A stretch of DNA of 64,000 nucleotides from an uncultured Acidimicrobiia bacterium (GTDB lineage: Bacteria; Actinomycetota; Acidimicrobiia; Spongiisociales; UBA4744): NCBI GenBank assembly GCA_964383535.1, contig CAYLHS010000002.1, forward strand, positions 4,555 to 68,554. The letters are read 5' to 3'. A program made the position numbers and the translations under genes. The notes under the pieces are model-generated. The model had not been told where the DNA came from and did no database searches. It saw only the letters and a program-made list of their open reading frames with translations. Of this stretch, positions 48,016 through 57,643 are shown one piece after another. Positions within the stretch are counted from its first letter, which is position 1. Each line of letters begins with the position of its first letter.

Positions 48016-49745
48016 TGCTGATCAAGATCCTTCGCGAGCACCTGCGCCCTTACAAGAAGTGGATCATCTGGCTGGCCTCCCTGCAGATGGTCGGGACAAT
48101 CGCATCGCTCTACCTGCCGAGCCTGATGGCAGACATCATCGACAACGGCGTCGTCAAGGGCGACACCGCCTACATCATGAAGACGGGCGGCGTGATGCTC
48201 GCGGTCACCCTGCTTCAGATCATCTGCACGATCATCGCCGTCTACTACGGCTCCCAGACCTCGATGGCGTTCGGTCGAGATGTGCGATCGAGGTTCTTCC
48301 ACACGGTCGGATCATTCTCCAACAAAGAGGTCGGCCACTTCGGAGCACCATCCCTGATCACGCGTAACACGAACGACGTTCAACAGGTCCAGATGCTGGT
48401 CATGATGGCGTTCACGATGCTGATTCGTGCTCCGATCACCATGGTGGGCGGAGTCATCATGGCGCTGAAAGAGGACGTCGGCCTCTCCTGGCTGGTGGCG
48501 GCGGCCGTTCCGATCCTCCTCGTGATCGTCGGGTTCATCATCAAGAACATGGTGCCCGGCTTCAGGAAGATGCAGACCCGTTTGGATACGGTCAACAAGG
48601 TCCTCCGCGAGCAAACGTCCGGCATCAGGGTGATTCGGGCGTTCGTCAGGGAACGGTTCGAAACCAATCGGTTCGGGACGGCGAACACCGATCTCACCGA
48701 CGTGTCGATCAACGTCGGCCGGTGGATGGCGGCCATGTTCCCTGCGGTGATGCTCGTGATGAACCTCTCGACGATTGCCGTCCTATGGTTCGGTGGAATC
48801 AGGATCGGCAACGGCGACATGCAGATCGGCGCGCTCGTTGCGTTCCTCTCCTACCTGATCCAGATCCTGATGGCGGTGATGATGTCGACGCTGATGCTCG
48901 TCTTCGTCCCGCGTGCCTCGGTTTCCGCCGACCGCATCGGGGAAGTGCTCGAGACGAATTCCACGGTGGTTCCCCCCGTCGACGGGATCCACGAGGTCCC
49001 AACCAGGGGCGTGCTGGAACTGCGCTCTGTCGGTTTCCAGTACGCGGGAGCGAGCCATCCCGTTCTGCGGAACATCTCGCTCACGGCCCTCCCGGGGCAG
49101 ACGACCGCGATCATTGGGTCAACCGGTGCCGGCAAATCGACGTTGGTGAACCTGATCCCACGCCTCTTCGATGCCACGGATGGGAGCGTCCTCATCGACG
49201 AAGTCGACGTGCGCGACTTCGACCCCGACGCGCTGTGGTCGAGGATCGGAATCGTCCCGCAGAGGGCCTACCTGTTCACGGGAACCATCGCCTCCAACCT
49301 CAGGTACGGCAAGCCAGATGCCACCGATGAGGAGATGTGGGCAGCGCTCGAAATCGCCCAGGCGAAGGACTTCGTCGAGGCGATGTCAGACGGCCTGGCT
49401 TCGCCAGTCGCCCAAGGCGGTACGAACGTGTCGGGCGGGCAGCGCCAACGGCTCGCGATCGCAAGAGCACTCATCCGCGAGCCCGAGATCTACTTGTTCG
49501 ACGACTCGTTCTCTGCTCTCGATGTCATCACGGATGCCCGACTTCGCCGAGCCCTCAAGCCCGTCACCGAGCACGCGACGGTGTTGATCGTCGCGCAGCG
49601 AGTGTCGACAATCATCGATGCCGACCAGATCGTCGTCCTCGAAGACGGCGCCGTGGTCGGGCTGGGTACACATGACGAGCTCATGGCAACGAGTCCCACC
49701 TACCTGGAAATCGTCGAGTCTCAGCTCGGGGCGGAGGCATCATGA
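48015..49745 (+). CDS. ABC exporter, fused permease/ATPase, subunit 1 of a heterodimer
   Basis: 6-TM domain plus NBD (GSTGAGKST, LSGGQRQR, LFDDSFSALD). TGATG overlap with the TetR stop. Confidence 0.85.
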   Translation: MLIKILREHLRPYKKWIIWLASLQMVGTIASLYLPSLMADIIDNGVVKGDTAYIMKTGGVMLAVTLLQIICTIIAVYYGSQTSMAFGRDVRSRFFHTVGSFSNKEVGHFGAPSLITRNTNDVQQVQMLVMMAFTMLIRAPITMVGGVIMALKEDVGLSWLVAAAVPILLVIVGFIIKNMVPGFRKMQTRLDTVNKVLREQTSGIRVIRAFVRERFETNRFGTANTDLTDVSINVGRWMAAMFPAVMLVMNLSTIAVLWFGGIRIGNGDMQIGALVAFLSYLIQILMAVMMSTLMLVFVPRASVSADRIGEVLETNSTVVPPVDGIHEVPTRGVLELRSVGFQYAGASHPVLRNISLTALPGQTTAIIGSTGAGKSTLVNLIPRLFDATDGSVLIDEVDVRDFDPDALWSRIGIVPQRAYLFTGTIASNLRYGKPDATDEEMWAALEIAQAKDFVEAMSDGLASPVAQGGTNVSGGQRQRLAIARALIREPEIYLFDDSFSALDVITDARLRRALKPVTEHATVLIVAQRVSTIIDADQIVVLEDGAVVGLGTHDELMATSPTYLEIVESQLGAEAS

Positions 49746-51772
49746 CCACCCCAAAGAAGATGCAGGAGACCGAACGGATCGGCGGTGGCGGCATGGGCCA
49801 CGGCCGTGGACCATTCGGCGGGGGGATGGTCGGACAGAAGTCGATGGACTTCGGACCGTCGGCCAAACGGCTCATCAGCAGATTGCGCCCCCAACGCACC
49901 AAGATCATCGTCATCATCGCCGCCGCAGTCATTGCCGTCGCGATGTCCGCGATAGGTCCGAAGATCCTAGGGCACGCGACCGACATCGTGTTCTCTGGCG
50001 CTGTCGGCAAGATGTTTCCCGCCGGCATGACGAAGGACCAGGCAGTCGCGGGTCTTCGAGCGGCTGGACAGGAGAAGGTCGCGGACATGTTGTCGGCGAT
50101 GGATGTGGTGCCTGGACAAGGCATCGATTTCACTGCTCTCGGAGACGTGCTGTTGCTTCTGGTCGGCCTGTACGCGGCATCCGCTCTCCTGACGTTCCTC
50201 CAGGGCTACGTCCTGAACGACGTGGTCCAGAACACCGTGAAGGATCTCCGATCTGACGTCGAGGACAAGCTGAACCGGCTGCCGTTGCGCTACTTCGACA
50301 CCCAGCCGAGGGGTGAATTGCTCAGCCGGGTCACCAACGACATGGACAACCTCTCCCAGACCCTCCAGCAGACGATGAGCCAGGTGATGACCTCACTGCT
50401 GACGATCGTGTTCGTCATGGTCATGATGTTCGACATCTCATGGACGCTTGCGTTGATCACGCTCGCGACGGTCCCAATCAGCATGTTCGTCGCCGCCAAG
50501 GTGATGGGGAAGTCTCGCGGCCACTTCGTCAACCAGTGGCGGAGCACAGGCGCGCTCAACGCCCAGGTGGAAGAGGCGTTCACCGGCCACTCACTCATCA
50601 AGGTGTTCGGGCGCCAGCAAGAGGTCCAGAAGACGTTCGAAACCGAGAACGAAGAGCTGTTCCAAGCCAGCTTCAAGGCCCAGTTCTTCTCCAGCCTGAT
50701 CATGCCGATCATGATGTTCATCGGCAACCTGAACTACGTCGTCATCGCGGTCGTTGGCGGACTGCGGGTTGCGAGTGGAACGCTCTCACTCGGTGATATC
50801 CAGGCGTTCATTCAGTACACCAGGCGCTTCACCCAACCGGTCACGCAGGTCGCCTCGATGGTCAACCTCCTCCAGTCCGGGGTCGCGTCGGCGGAGCGAG
50901 TGTTCGAGCTGCTGGACGCCGAGGAAGAGGCTCCGGACGAGCATCAGCCGCAGCTGATCGAGAACCCCACCGGTCAGGTGGGTTTCGACGACGTCTCCTT
51001 CCGGTACGAGGATGACCGGCCGCTCATCGAGCATGTCTCGCTGTCGGTCGAACCCGGTCAGACTGTCGCGATCGTCGGACCGACCGGAGCCGGCAAGACC
51101 ACACTCGTCAACCTCGTGATGCGGTTCTACGATCTCGACGCTGGGCACATCACTCTCGACGGTATCGATATTGCGGAGATGCGACGCCAGGATCTTCGCT
51201 CAGAGATCGGAATGGTCCTTCAGGACACCTGGCTGTTCGAGGGCACCGTCAGAGAGAACATCACCTATGGGAAGCTCGATGCGACCGAGGAGGAGATGCT
51301 CGAAGCGGCCAGAGCAACGTTCGTCGACCGATTCGTCCACAGCCTTCCGGACGGCTATGACACCGTGGTCGACGACGAAGGCAACAACATCAGTGCAGGC
51401 GAGAAGCAGCTACTCACCATCGCGAGGGCGTTCCTCGCCAATCCTCCCCTGCTCATCCTCGACGAGGCGACGAGCTCGGTCGACACGCGCACCGAGTTGT
51501 TGGTGCAGCACGCCATGGCAGCGCTGCGAAGCGACCGAACCAGTTTCGTGATCGCTCACCGCCTGTCGACGATACGCGATGCTGACCTCATCCTCGTGAT
51601 GGAGGATGGCCAGATCGTCGAGCACGGTACCCACGACGAGCTGATCGCCGCCGGCGGTTCCTACGCGACGCTGTACGCCACCCAGCTCACCGGACCGGAC
51701 GTCGCGATGCCCGCGCCCCCCACCCCACAACCCGCCTATCCGCGGCCACCGGCGGCCGGCGCCGGCGACTGA
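49742..51772 (+). CDS. ABC exporter, fused permease/ATPase, subunit 2; Gly-rich N-terminus and Pro-rich C-terminal tail
   Basis: ATGA overlap. NBD motifs GPTGAGKTT, LSAGEKQ, ILDEATSSVD. Confidence 0.85.
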   Translation: MTTPKKMQETERIGGGGMGHGRGPFGGGMVGQKSMDFGPSAKRLISRLRPQRTKIIVIIAAAVIAVAMSAIGPKILGHATDIVFSGAVGKMFPAGMTKDQAVAGLRAAGQEKVADMLSAMDVVPGQGIDFTALGDVLLLLVGLYAASALLTFLQGYVLNDVVQNTVKDLRSDVEDKLNRLPLRYFDTQPRGELLSRVTNDMDNLSQTLQQTMSQVMTSLLTIVFVMVMMFDISWTLALITLATVPISMFVAAKVMGKSRGHFVNQWRSTGALNAQVEEAFTGHSLIKVFGRQQEVQKTFETENEELFQASFKAQFFSSLIMPIMMFIGNLNYVVIAVVGGLRVASGTLSLGDIQAFIQYTRRFTQPVTQVASMVNLLQSGVASAERVFELLDAEEEAPDEHQPQLIENPTGQVGFDDVSFRYEDDRPLIEHVSLSVEPGQTVAIVGPTGAGKTTLVNLVMRFYDLDAGHITLDGIDIAEMRRQDLRSEIGMVLQDTWLFEGTVRENITYGKLDATEEEMLEAARATFVDRFVHSLPDGYDTVVDDEGNNISAGEKQLLTIARAFLANPPLLILDEATSSVDTRTELLVQHAMAALRSDRTSFVIAHRLSTIRDADLILVMEDGQIVEHGTHDELIAAGGSYATLYATQLTGPDVAMPAPPTPQPAYPRPPAAGAGD

Positions 51773-51793
51773 AGCCGGCGCGATGCTGCCCCG

Positions 51794-52483
51794 ATGAGCA
51801 TCCACCCGATTCGCCGGGATCTCATCGAGCTAGCTCCGACTGAGCGCGAAGCCATCGGTGCGTGGGCGGAGGCGAATCGAAACAACCGGGGTTGCGTTAC
51901 CGTCTGGAAGCCACCCGAAGAAACGTGGCGGTTCCTCACCTACCTCTGTGACCACCTGGGATTCCTCGCCCACGGGTCCAAACAGGGCGACATCGACGAG
52001 CTGGTTCCTGTTGGCGCGAACAGGGGTGACCTCACCGACTTCGGCAATGCGATGCAGGTGTTTGCCACCCCCGACGCCCTGTGGGCAGGCTGGTTCGCAT
52101 TGCTGAATCGAGAAATGGAGGACGGCTCGGGAACGGCCAACTCGTGCACGCGACGCTTCGACCCGAACGACCGAGACTTCAAGGAGTACTGGTTCGCGAT
52201 CTCCCACGTGAACCTCATCGGTGATCGACCCCTGACACCCGGCTACATGTATCTGCTCAGACCGGATTCCTTCAGCGCGAGGAGAGGCGAGGAGTGGGGC
52301 TCATCTCGTCCGGTCACACCCATCGCACGGGTGCCTGTCACGCCTTTCGGATGGCCGTACGCAGACGCGATCCTCGGCTATGACAGGCAGCGGCTCGACG
52401 CGCTACTCGGCCGGAGCAGTGACGGTTTCCCCTGGTTCGACGACAACCGGCTGTGGCAAGTCGTGCCCGAGGCCTACCGCTGA
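51794..52483 (+). CDS. Hypothetical protein
   Basis: 21 nt after the ABC gene, so likely co-transcribed. No family recognised. Confidence 0.45.
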   Translation: MSIHPIRRDLIELAPTEREAIGAWAEANRNNRGCVTVWKPPEETWRFLTYLCDHLGFLAHGSKQGDIDELVPVGANRGDLTDFGNAMQVFATPDALWAGWFALLNREMEDGSGTANSCTRRFDPNDRDFKEYWFAISHVNLIGDRPLTPGYMYLLRPDSFSARRGEEWGSSRPVTPIARVPVTPFGWPYADAILGYDRQRLDALLGRSSDGFPWFDDNRLWQVVPEAYR

Positions 52484-52493
52484 AGCACCTGGA

Positions 52494-53057
52494 TCAGGAG
52501 GCGTCGTGCTCGGCGAGAATCCCGTAGATCTGGCGCCTTGCCTCCTCCAAGATCTCCTGAGCCCGCTGCACCTGCGACTCCGTCCCGGCCCTCCCCACCT
52601 GCATCACGGCTGAAGCAACCTGGAACCCGATGTCGCGCAGCGCCAGGAGGTTTCGATCAACCTTGAACCCTTCCCAAGGTGGGATCTCTTCCGACGCGTC
52701 CACGAGGGCTCTGCCGTCATCCGTCAGAACGTACACCTTCTTGCCCTCGTGCTGTGTGGACTCGACGATGCCCTCGTCCTCGAGCTGGCTCAGTGTGGGG
52801 TAGATCGATCCAGGGCTCGGCTGCCACACCCCATCGGTTCGCTCGGTCAACTCCGTCATGATCTGGTAGCCATGCATCGGCTTCTCCGAGAGCAGGAGCA
52901 TGATGGCGGTTCGGACCTCACCCCTGCCAACTCTCGGGCCCGGTCCGCCGAAGAACCCGCCTCGTCGAGGGGGACCCCATCTTCCCCACCGCGGACCTTG
53001 ATGCCGTCCTCTCATCGGACCATCGCGCATATTGACTCCTTTCCAGGTGAACATCAT
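52494..53057 (-). CDS. PadR-family transcriptional regulator with Gly/Arg-rich N-terminal tail
   Basis: Winged helix HGYQIMTEL...GSIYPTLSQLEDEG. Confidence 0.8.
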   Translation of the reverse strand: MMFTWKGVNMRDGPMRGRHQGPRWGRWGPPRRGGFFGGPGPRVGRGEVRTAIMLLLSEKPMHGYQIMTELTERTDGVWQPSPGSIYPTLSQLEDEGIVESTQHEGKKVYVLTDDGRALVDASEEIPPWEGFKVDRNLLALRDIGFQVASAVMQVGRAGTESQVQRAQEILEEARRQIYGILAEHDAS

Positions 53058-53063
53058 ATCACG

Positions 53064-53079
53064 ATATATCGCGATATAT
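53064..53079 (-). promoter_or_regulatory. Candidate PadR operator: perfect 16-bp AT-rich palindrome ATATATCGCGATATAT
   Basis: Starts 7 nt upstream of the padR start codon. AT-rich island in a 66% GC genome. Confidence 0.5.
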
Positions 53080-53252
53080 TCACTTGGGCCGGGCGAGTCC
53101 TGTGATCAGGGAGCCGTTCGTCGGGCTCGTAGGCCGCGGAAGGGCCCGCTTGGGCGACTTCGTAGGCCCGTTTGCATCCTCCCCGCATGAGGGCACCCCG
53201 TGAGCCGACCGGCACCCTGCTGAGAGTCAGCGGTCCTCGATCTCCGGCGCCG

Positions 53253-54641
53253 TCACGGCTGCGAGGGAAGTACGTAGCAGGGTCCGCCTGGGTCGTAGCC
53301 GGCCGCGAGGTCGGAGACGAAGAAGTCCTGCAACTTGGTGAGCGGTGACAGGGCTCCTGCACCCAGCGTCGCATCGAGCCCTCCCTGTGCGTCGAAGGCG
53401 GCCTTGTCGGGTTTGAAGATGCCGGTGGCTCGAGCGATCGACGTGTCGAAATCGTCGCCGAAGTCATTCGCAGGGGACAACCCGGAATATGTGAGCGAGT
53501 CGATGCCCTGAGCGGCGGCCTCCACGCCCTCAGGAGTGAGGTCACCTGCCGCTGCGGCCCGTTCCAGGACAGTTCTGGCTACGAGGTACTCCAAGTACCC
53601 CTCGACGAGGCCGGCAGCCGGGTAACGGTCGGGATATGCGTCGTCCAGAACCTGGACCACATCGTTCATACCGTCGACCTTCGCTCCGAACGGCGCCATG
53701 AGCGTCGCCATATAGAGGTTCTCCGCCATATACCCACCAAGCGCCGTATCGAGCAGCCGATCGCTGAACGTCACGGTGGAAACGGCCCACTGGCCCCGGT
53801 AGCCAAGCTGCACCGCGGCGCCCATCACGGTAACGAGAGACAATGGATCGGCTGCCATCCAGGTCAGATCCGCCTCGCTCTTGGCGACCGCCGCGCCCAG
53901 CGCTGTCAGATCCTGACCGGGCACGACACTTCCCTCGTATACGACTGGAAGTCCGAGCTGAGCCGCCGCATAGTTCGCTCCGGCGAGCGAGTCGCCTCCG
54001 TAGTCACCAGGGAGCCCCAGGAGCGCGAGAGCCGGGGGGTGACCGAACCGGGACTCGAAGTCCTTTGCGTACCAGCTGATCGTGTTGATGGACTCCATGC
54101 AGTAGTTGGAGCCGGTCTCCAGCAGGTTGGCGCCAAGCACTGGATCGGACCATCCCGAGTACCACGTCACGGGAATCGCGACGAGATGGTCCTCGGCCAG
54201 CTTCGGAACGATGGCGAGCGTCTGCTGGGAACCGGTCGAATGAGCGAGCATGACCACCTTGTCGTGCAACTCCTCGTACTTGGCCACGTGAGTGGCCACG
54301 TCATACCCCGTATTGGCGATCAGCAGCTCCACCTGCCTCCCTGCGATGCCTCCTGCTTCGTTTGTCTTCTGCCAGAACGCCAGTTGAGCATCGAGAACGT
54401 CGACCACCGTGCCCGAGAACGGACCAGTCAAGTCGGCAAGCACACCAAGGTAGATCGTGTCGTCCGTGACGGTGACTCCGTCGGTCTCGACCACTGGCGC
54501 GGTGGTCGACGTCGTAGCTGGAGCCACGGTCGTCGTCGAGGACGGAGGCTCGGTCGTCGTCGATGAAGTCGTTGTCGGCGAGGACGACTGCGTGCACGCC
54601 ACCACGCAGACGGCGATGAGCACGACGAAGAGGCGCTTCAT
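53253..54641 (-). CDS. ABC transporter substrate-binding lipoprotein, LivJ/Peripla_BP_6-like, with no cognate permease in the window
   Basis: Lipobox VVACTQ. TTTSSTTTEPP linker. Type I periplasmic binding fold. Confidence 0.7.
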   Translation of the reverse strand: MKRLFVVLIAVCVVACTQSSSPTTTSSTTTEPPSSTTTVAPATTSTTAPVVETDGVTVTDDTIYLGVLADLTGPFSGTVVDVLDAQLAFWQKTNEAGGIAGRQVELLIANTGYDVATHVAKYEELHDKVVMLAHSTGSQQTLAIVPKLAEDHLVAIPVTWYSGWSDPVLGANLLETGSNYCMESINTISWYAKDFESRFGHPPALALLGLPGDYGGDSLAGANYAAAQLGLPVVYEGSVVPGQDLTALGAAVAKSEADLTWMAADPLSLVTVMGAAVQLGYRGQWAVSTVTFSDRLLDTALGGYMAENLYMATLMAPFGAKVDGMNDVVQVLDDAYPDRYPAAGLVEGYLEYLVARTVLERAAAAGDLTPEGVEAAAQGIDSLTYSGLSPANDFGDDFDTSIARATGIFKPDKAAFDAQGGLDATLGAGALSPLTKLQDFFVSDLAAGYDPGGPCYVLPSQP

Positions 54642-55873
54642 GGCCCCACCTCGAACTCGATCCGCCGGCTTTGCTCCGACGGCCCGGCTCCGGCGAAGAG
54701 CTCACCGTAGGAGACGACTGCGAGTCGCGACGGAGGCACACCCTTGAGAATGAGGTACTGGTAGACGGCACCGGCCCTGGCTGTGGCCAGCTGCTCGTTC
54801 ACCTCGGAGCTGCCGACTTCGTCGGTGTAGCCGGCGATGAACACCTGAAGTCCCGGCTGCGACACGATGATGCTCGCAGCACTGTCGAGTGTCGTCTGGC
54901 TGGCAGCGGTGAGTTCTGCCGACCCCGAATCGAAGACGATGGGTGAACCCTCGACGAGGGCGCGGAGGTCTGAGCGAAGGATCGCTTCGTCCCCGCGTAG
55001 CCGCAATTTGGTGGTGACACCGGTGACACCCGGGACGGCGAGAACCGCCGCCTCCACCCGATGTGAATAGTCGAAGAATCCCTGCTCCAACACGCCGAGT
55101 GGAACGACCCCCCCAACGGTGACCCGGCCATCGATGACACCGACCTCCAGGTCGCTGAAACCGCCGTCTCGCAACGCCTGAGCCGCACGAGCCGCGAGTT
55201 TGTCGTCGGAGACGTCCACCTCGGGCGTCGACGTCTGAACGTCTGGAAGCTCGCCGACCACGAGCCGGTTCGCGATCTTCACGGCGCCGGCATCACGGAC
55301 GAGCGATGCCGCCGCGCTGCGTGCTTCGTTGGATGCCACGAAACCACCCAAGACGACGACACCGTCACGAACGGACACGACGACAGCACGGTATGCATCA
55401 TCGACGAGCGCCGTTTCGGCCCGAACGAGTAGCTCGTCATCGCCCGGTGTTCCCACCTGCAGTCGGTTGTCGACGGTAGCGACACCATCGATGGAGAAGA
55501 CGACTGTCTCCGCTTCCTCCAGAAGGGTGGTCGAAGCAACGTAGCCGCTGATCGTCACCATGTCGCCGTCGATCTGAACCGTGATGTCCTCGAAGCCCCT
55601 CGACGCGAGTTGCTGCTCGATCTGCTCGCCAAGGGATGCAGGTCGAGTAGTGACGGTTGTCGATGGGCTCCCCAGAATTCCATCCCGTTGCAGGAAGATG
55701 ACGACCCCTACCGTGATGACGAGGACGAGCAGAAGTGGGAGAAGGGGGATCCGCTTTCCGGGCGGGGGTCGATGGACGGAGGAGCGAAGGGCCTCGAGAT
55801 CATCATGCGCAAGCTGGGTGTGTCGATCAACGGGTCGGTAGATTGTCCCGTCGCCGCGATCTCGCCCCGACAC
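54638..55873 (-). CDS. OmpA/MotB C-terminal domain protein with tandem BON domains and an N-terminal TM anchor
   Basis: C-terminal GYTDEVGSSEVNEQLATARAGAV motif. 2-3 BON-like repeats. GTG start with AGAGGGA RBS. Confidence 0.75.
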   Translation of the reverse strand: MSGRDRGDGTIYRPVDRHTQLAHDDLEALRSSVHRPPPGKRIPLLPLLLVLVITVGVVIFLQRDGILGSPSTTVTTRPASLGEQIEQQLASRGFEDITVQIDGDMVTISGYVASTTLLEEAETVVFSIDGVATVDNRLQVGTPGDDELLVRAETALVDDAYRAVVVSVRDGVVVLGGFVASNEARSAAASLVRDAGAVKIANRLVVGELPDVQTSTPEVDVSDDKLAARAAQALRDGGFSDLEVGVIDGRVTVGGVVPLGVLEQGFFDYSHRVEAAVLAVPGVTGVTTKLRLRGDEAILRSDLRALVEGSPIVFDSGSAELTAASQTTLDSAASIIVSQPGLQVFIAGYTDEVGSSEVNEQLATARAGAVYQYLILKGVPPSRLAVVSYGELFAGAGPSEQSRRIEFEVGP

Positions 55874-55952
55874 GCTCAGTCCCTCTTCTCATCCCGGCCC
55901 TGCCCCCATTTCATCGGCGTTTCTTCGAGGGATCTTGAGACTGCTTCTGGCC

Positions 55953-56609
55953 CTACCCGAGGGCCGCCCGGTCGGCAACGAGGACGGCATGAAGTGCGTC
56001 AACGCGGCCGGCGGGGATCGACCGGTCTTTCGCAAGGAGCCGTGACGTGGCCGTTTGCTTGCTCGCGCCGGCAACGAGCCACACCACCTGTCGAGTCGCC
56101 GCAAGTGCCGGATAGGTGAGCGTCATCCTCCTGTGCCCCATGTAGGCGCCGCCGGTGAGCGCCACTCGACGGTCACGAACGTCGAGCACCGTGTCGCCCG
56201 GAACCAACGACGCTGTGTGCCCGTCGTCGCCGAGTCCCAGATGGATCACGTCGAAGCGGTCGGGCAGTGTCGACGCGTACCAGCCACACGCCGCCTCCAG
56301 GTCGTCGGCGTCGACCGGCATCGGTTCGATCGTCGCGCCATCGGGCAGCGACTGGACCAGATGTCCGAGATTCCGGTCCGGATCGTCTCTGGGAACGATC
56401 CGCTCATCCACCTGAAAGAAGGTCGTCTGCTCCCAAGGGAACACGGCATGCTCTCGAAGCCGACGAAACATCGGCCATGGTGTGTGGCCGCCGCTGACTG
56501 CGATCGTGAACGTCCCTCGCTCCGCCACCGACCTGCGGGCTGTCTCGGCGACCAGATCTGCTGCGTACTCGGCCGCCGCCTCGGCGGTGGCCTCCGCATG
56601 GACGTCCAC
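55953..56609 (-). CDS. pgl: 6-phosphogluconolactonase
   Basis: FQVDERIV and GLGDDGHTASL motifs. GTG start 2 nt after the gnd stop. Confidence 0.8.
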   Translation of the reverse strand: MDVHAEATAEAAAEYAADLVAETARRSVAERGTFTIAVSGGHTPWPMFRRLREHAVFPWEQTTFFQVDERIVPRDDPDRNLGHLVQSLPDGATIEPMPVDADDLEAACGWYASTLPDRFDVIHLGLGDDGHTASLVPGDTVLDVRDRRVALTGGAYMGHRRMTLTYPALAATRQVVWLVAGASKQTATSRLLAKDRSIPAGRVDALHAVLVADRAALG

Positions 56610-56611
56610 GT

Positions 56612-57643
56612 TCAGTCCTGCTTCTCGTCGTGGCCGCCGAACTGCTGCCGCATCGCGGACAAGGCCCTGTTGGCGAAATCGGCCAAGCCGCGAGACGCGA
56701 ACCGCTCCTGGAGCGCTGTCGTGATGACCGGCGCGGGAACGCCCTCTTCGATACTCGCGATTGCCGTCCAGCGACCCTCGCCCGAGTCGGAGACCCGCCC
56801 CTCGAACTCGGAAAGTTCGGGATCCTCTGCAAGGGCGTTGGCGGTGAGATCGACGAGCCACGAACTGATCACCGCGCCCCGCCGCCACACCTCCGCGACC
56901 TCGGATACGTCGATGCGGTACTGGTATGCGGCCGGGTCTCGCAGTGGTGCTGTCTCGGCATCGACATCCGTTGTGTGCATCCCCGCGTCGGCACCGTTGA
57001 TGATGGCGAGCCCTTCGGCGATCGAGGCCATCATGCCGTACTCGACACCGTTGTGGACCATCTTCACGAAGTGTCCTGCACCGGCCGGCCCACAGTGGTG
57101 ATAGCCGTCGGGCGCGGTCCCATCGGTACGAGTCCTTCTGGGAGTCGGCTCTGCGGCCGCCTTGCCCGGAGCTATCGACTTGAAGATCGGATCGAGATGC
57201 CGAACGGGCTCGTCGTCGCCACCGATCATGAGGCTGTATCCGCGTTCGAGCCCCCACACGCCCCCGCTCGTGCCGCAGTCTACGAAATGAATCCCTTTCG
57301 CCTTCAGATCGGCGTGTCGAGTGATGTCGTCGCGGTAGTACGAGTTCCCGCCGTCGACGATGATGTCGCCCGGCTCCAGGAGGGCATCGAGATGGTCGAC
57401 GACCGTGCCCACCACGGCAGCGGGCACCATCACCCATACGGCCCTCGGGGCCGTCAGTGCTGCCGCGAACTCCTCCAGGGACGTGGCCCCCTGAATGCCT
57501 TCCTTCTGGAGTGCTGCGACGGCGTCGGCATTCACGTCGAACACGACGCAGTGGTGTCCGTCGGCGGTCAGCCGCCGGACGATGTTCGCGCCCATGCGCC
57601 CCAGTCCGATCATTCCGAGTTGCATGGGTCGGTCGGTACTCAT
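56612..57643 (-). CDS. gnd: 6-phosphogluconate dehydrogenase (decarboxylating), short form
   Basis: GMIGLGRMG Rossmann motif. 6PGD C-terminal domain. AAAGGAGAC RBS. Confidence 0.85.
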   Translation of the reverse strand: MSTDRPMQLGMIGLGRMGANIVRRLTADGHHCVVFDVNADAVAALQKEGIQGATSLEEFAAALTAPRAVWVMVPAAVVGTVVDHLDALLEPGDIIVDGGNSYYRDDITRHADLKAKGIHFVDCGTSGGVWGLERGYSLMIGGDDEPVRHLDPIFKSIAPGKAAAEPTPRRTRTDGTAPDGYHHCGPAGAGHFVKMVHNGVEYGMMASIAEGLAIINGADAGMHTTDVDAETAPLRDPAAYQYRIDVSEVAEVWRRGAVISSWLVDLTANALAEDPELSEFEGRVSDSGEGRWTAIASIEEGVPAPVITTALQERFASRGLADFANRALSAMRQQFGGHDEKQD

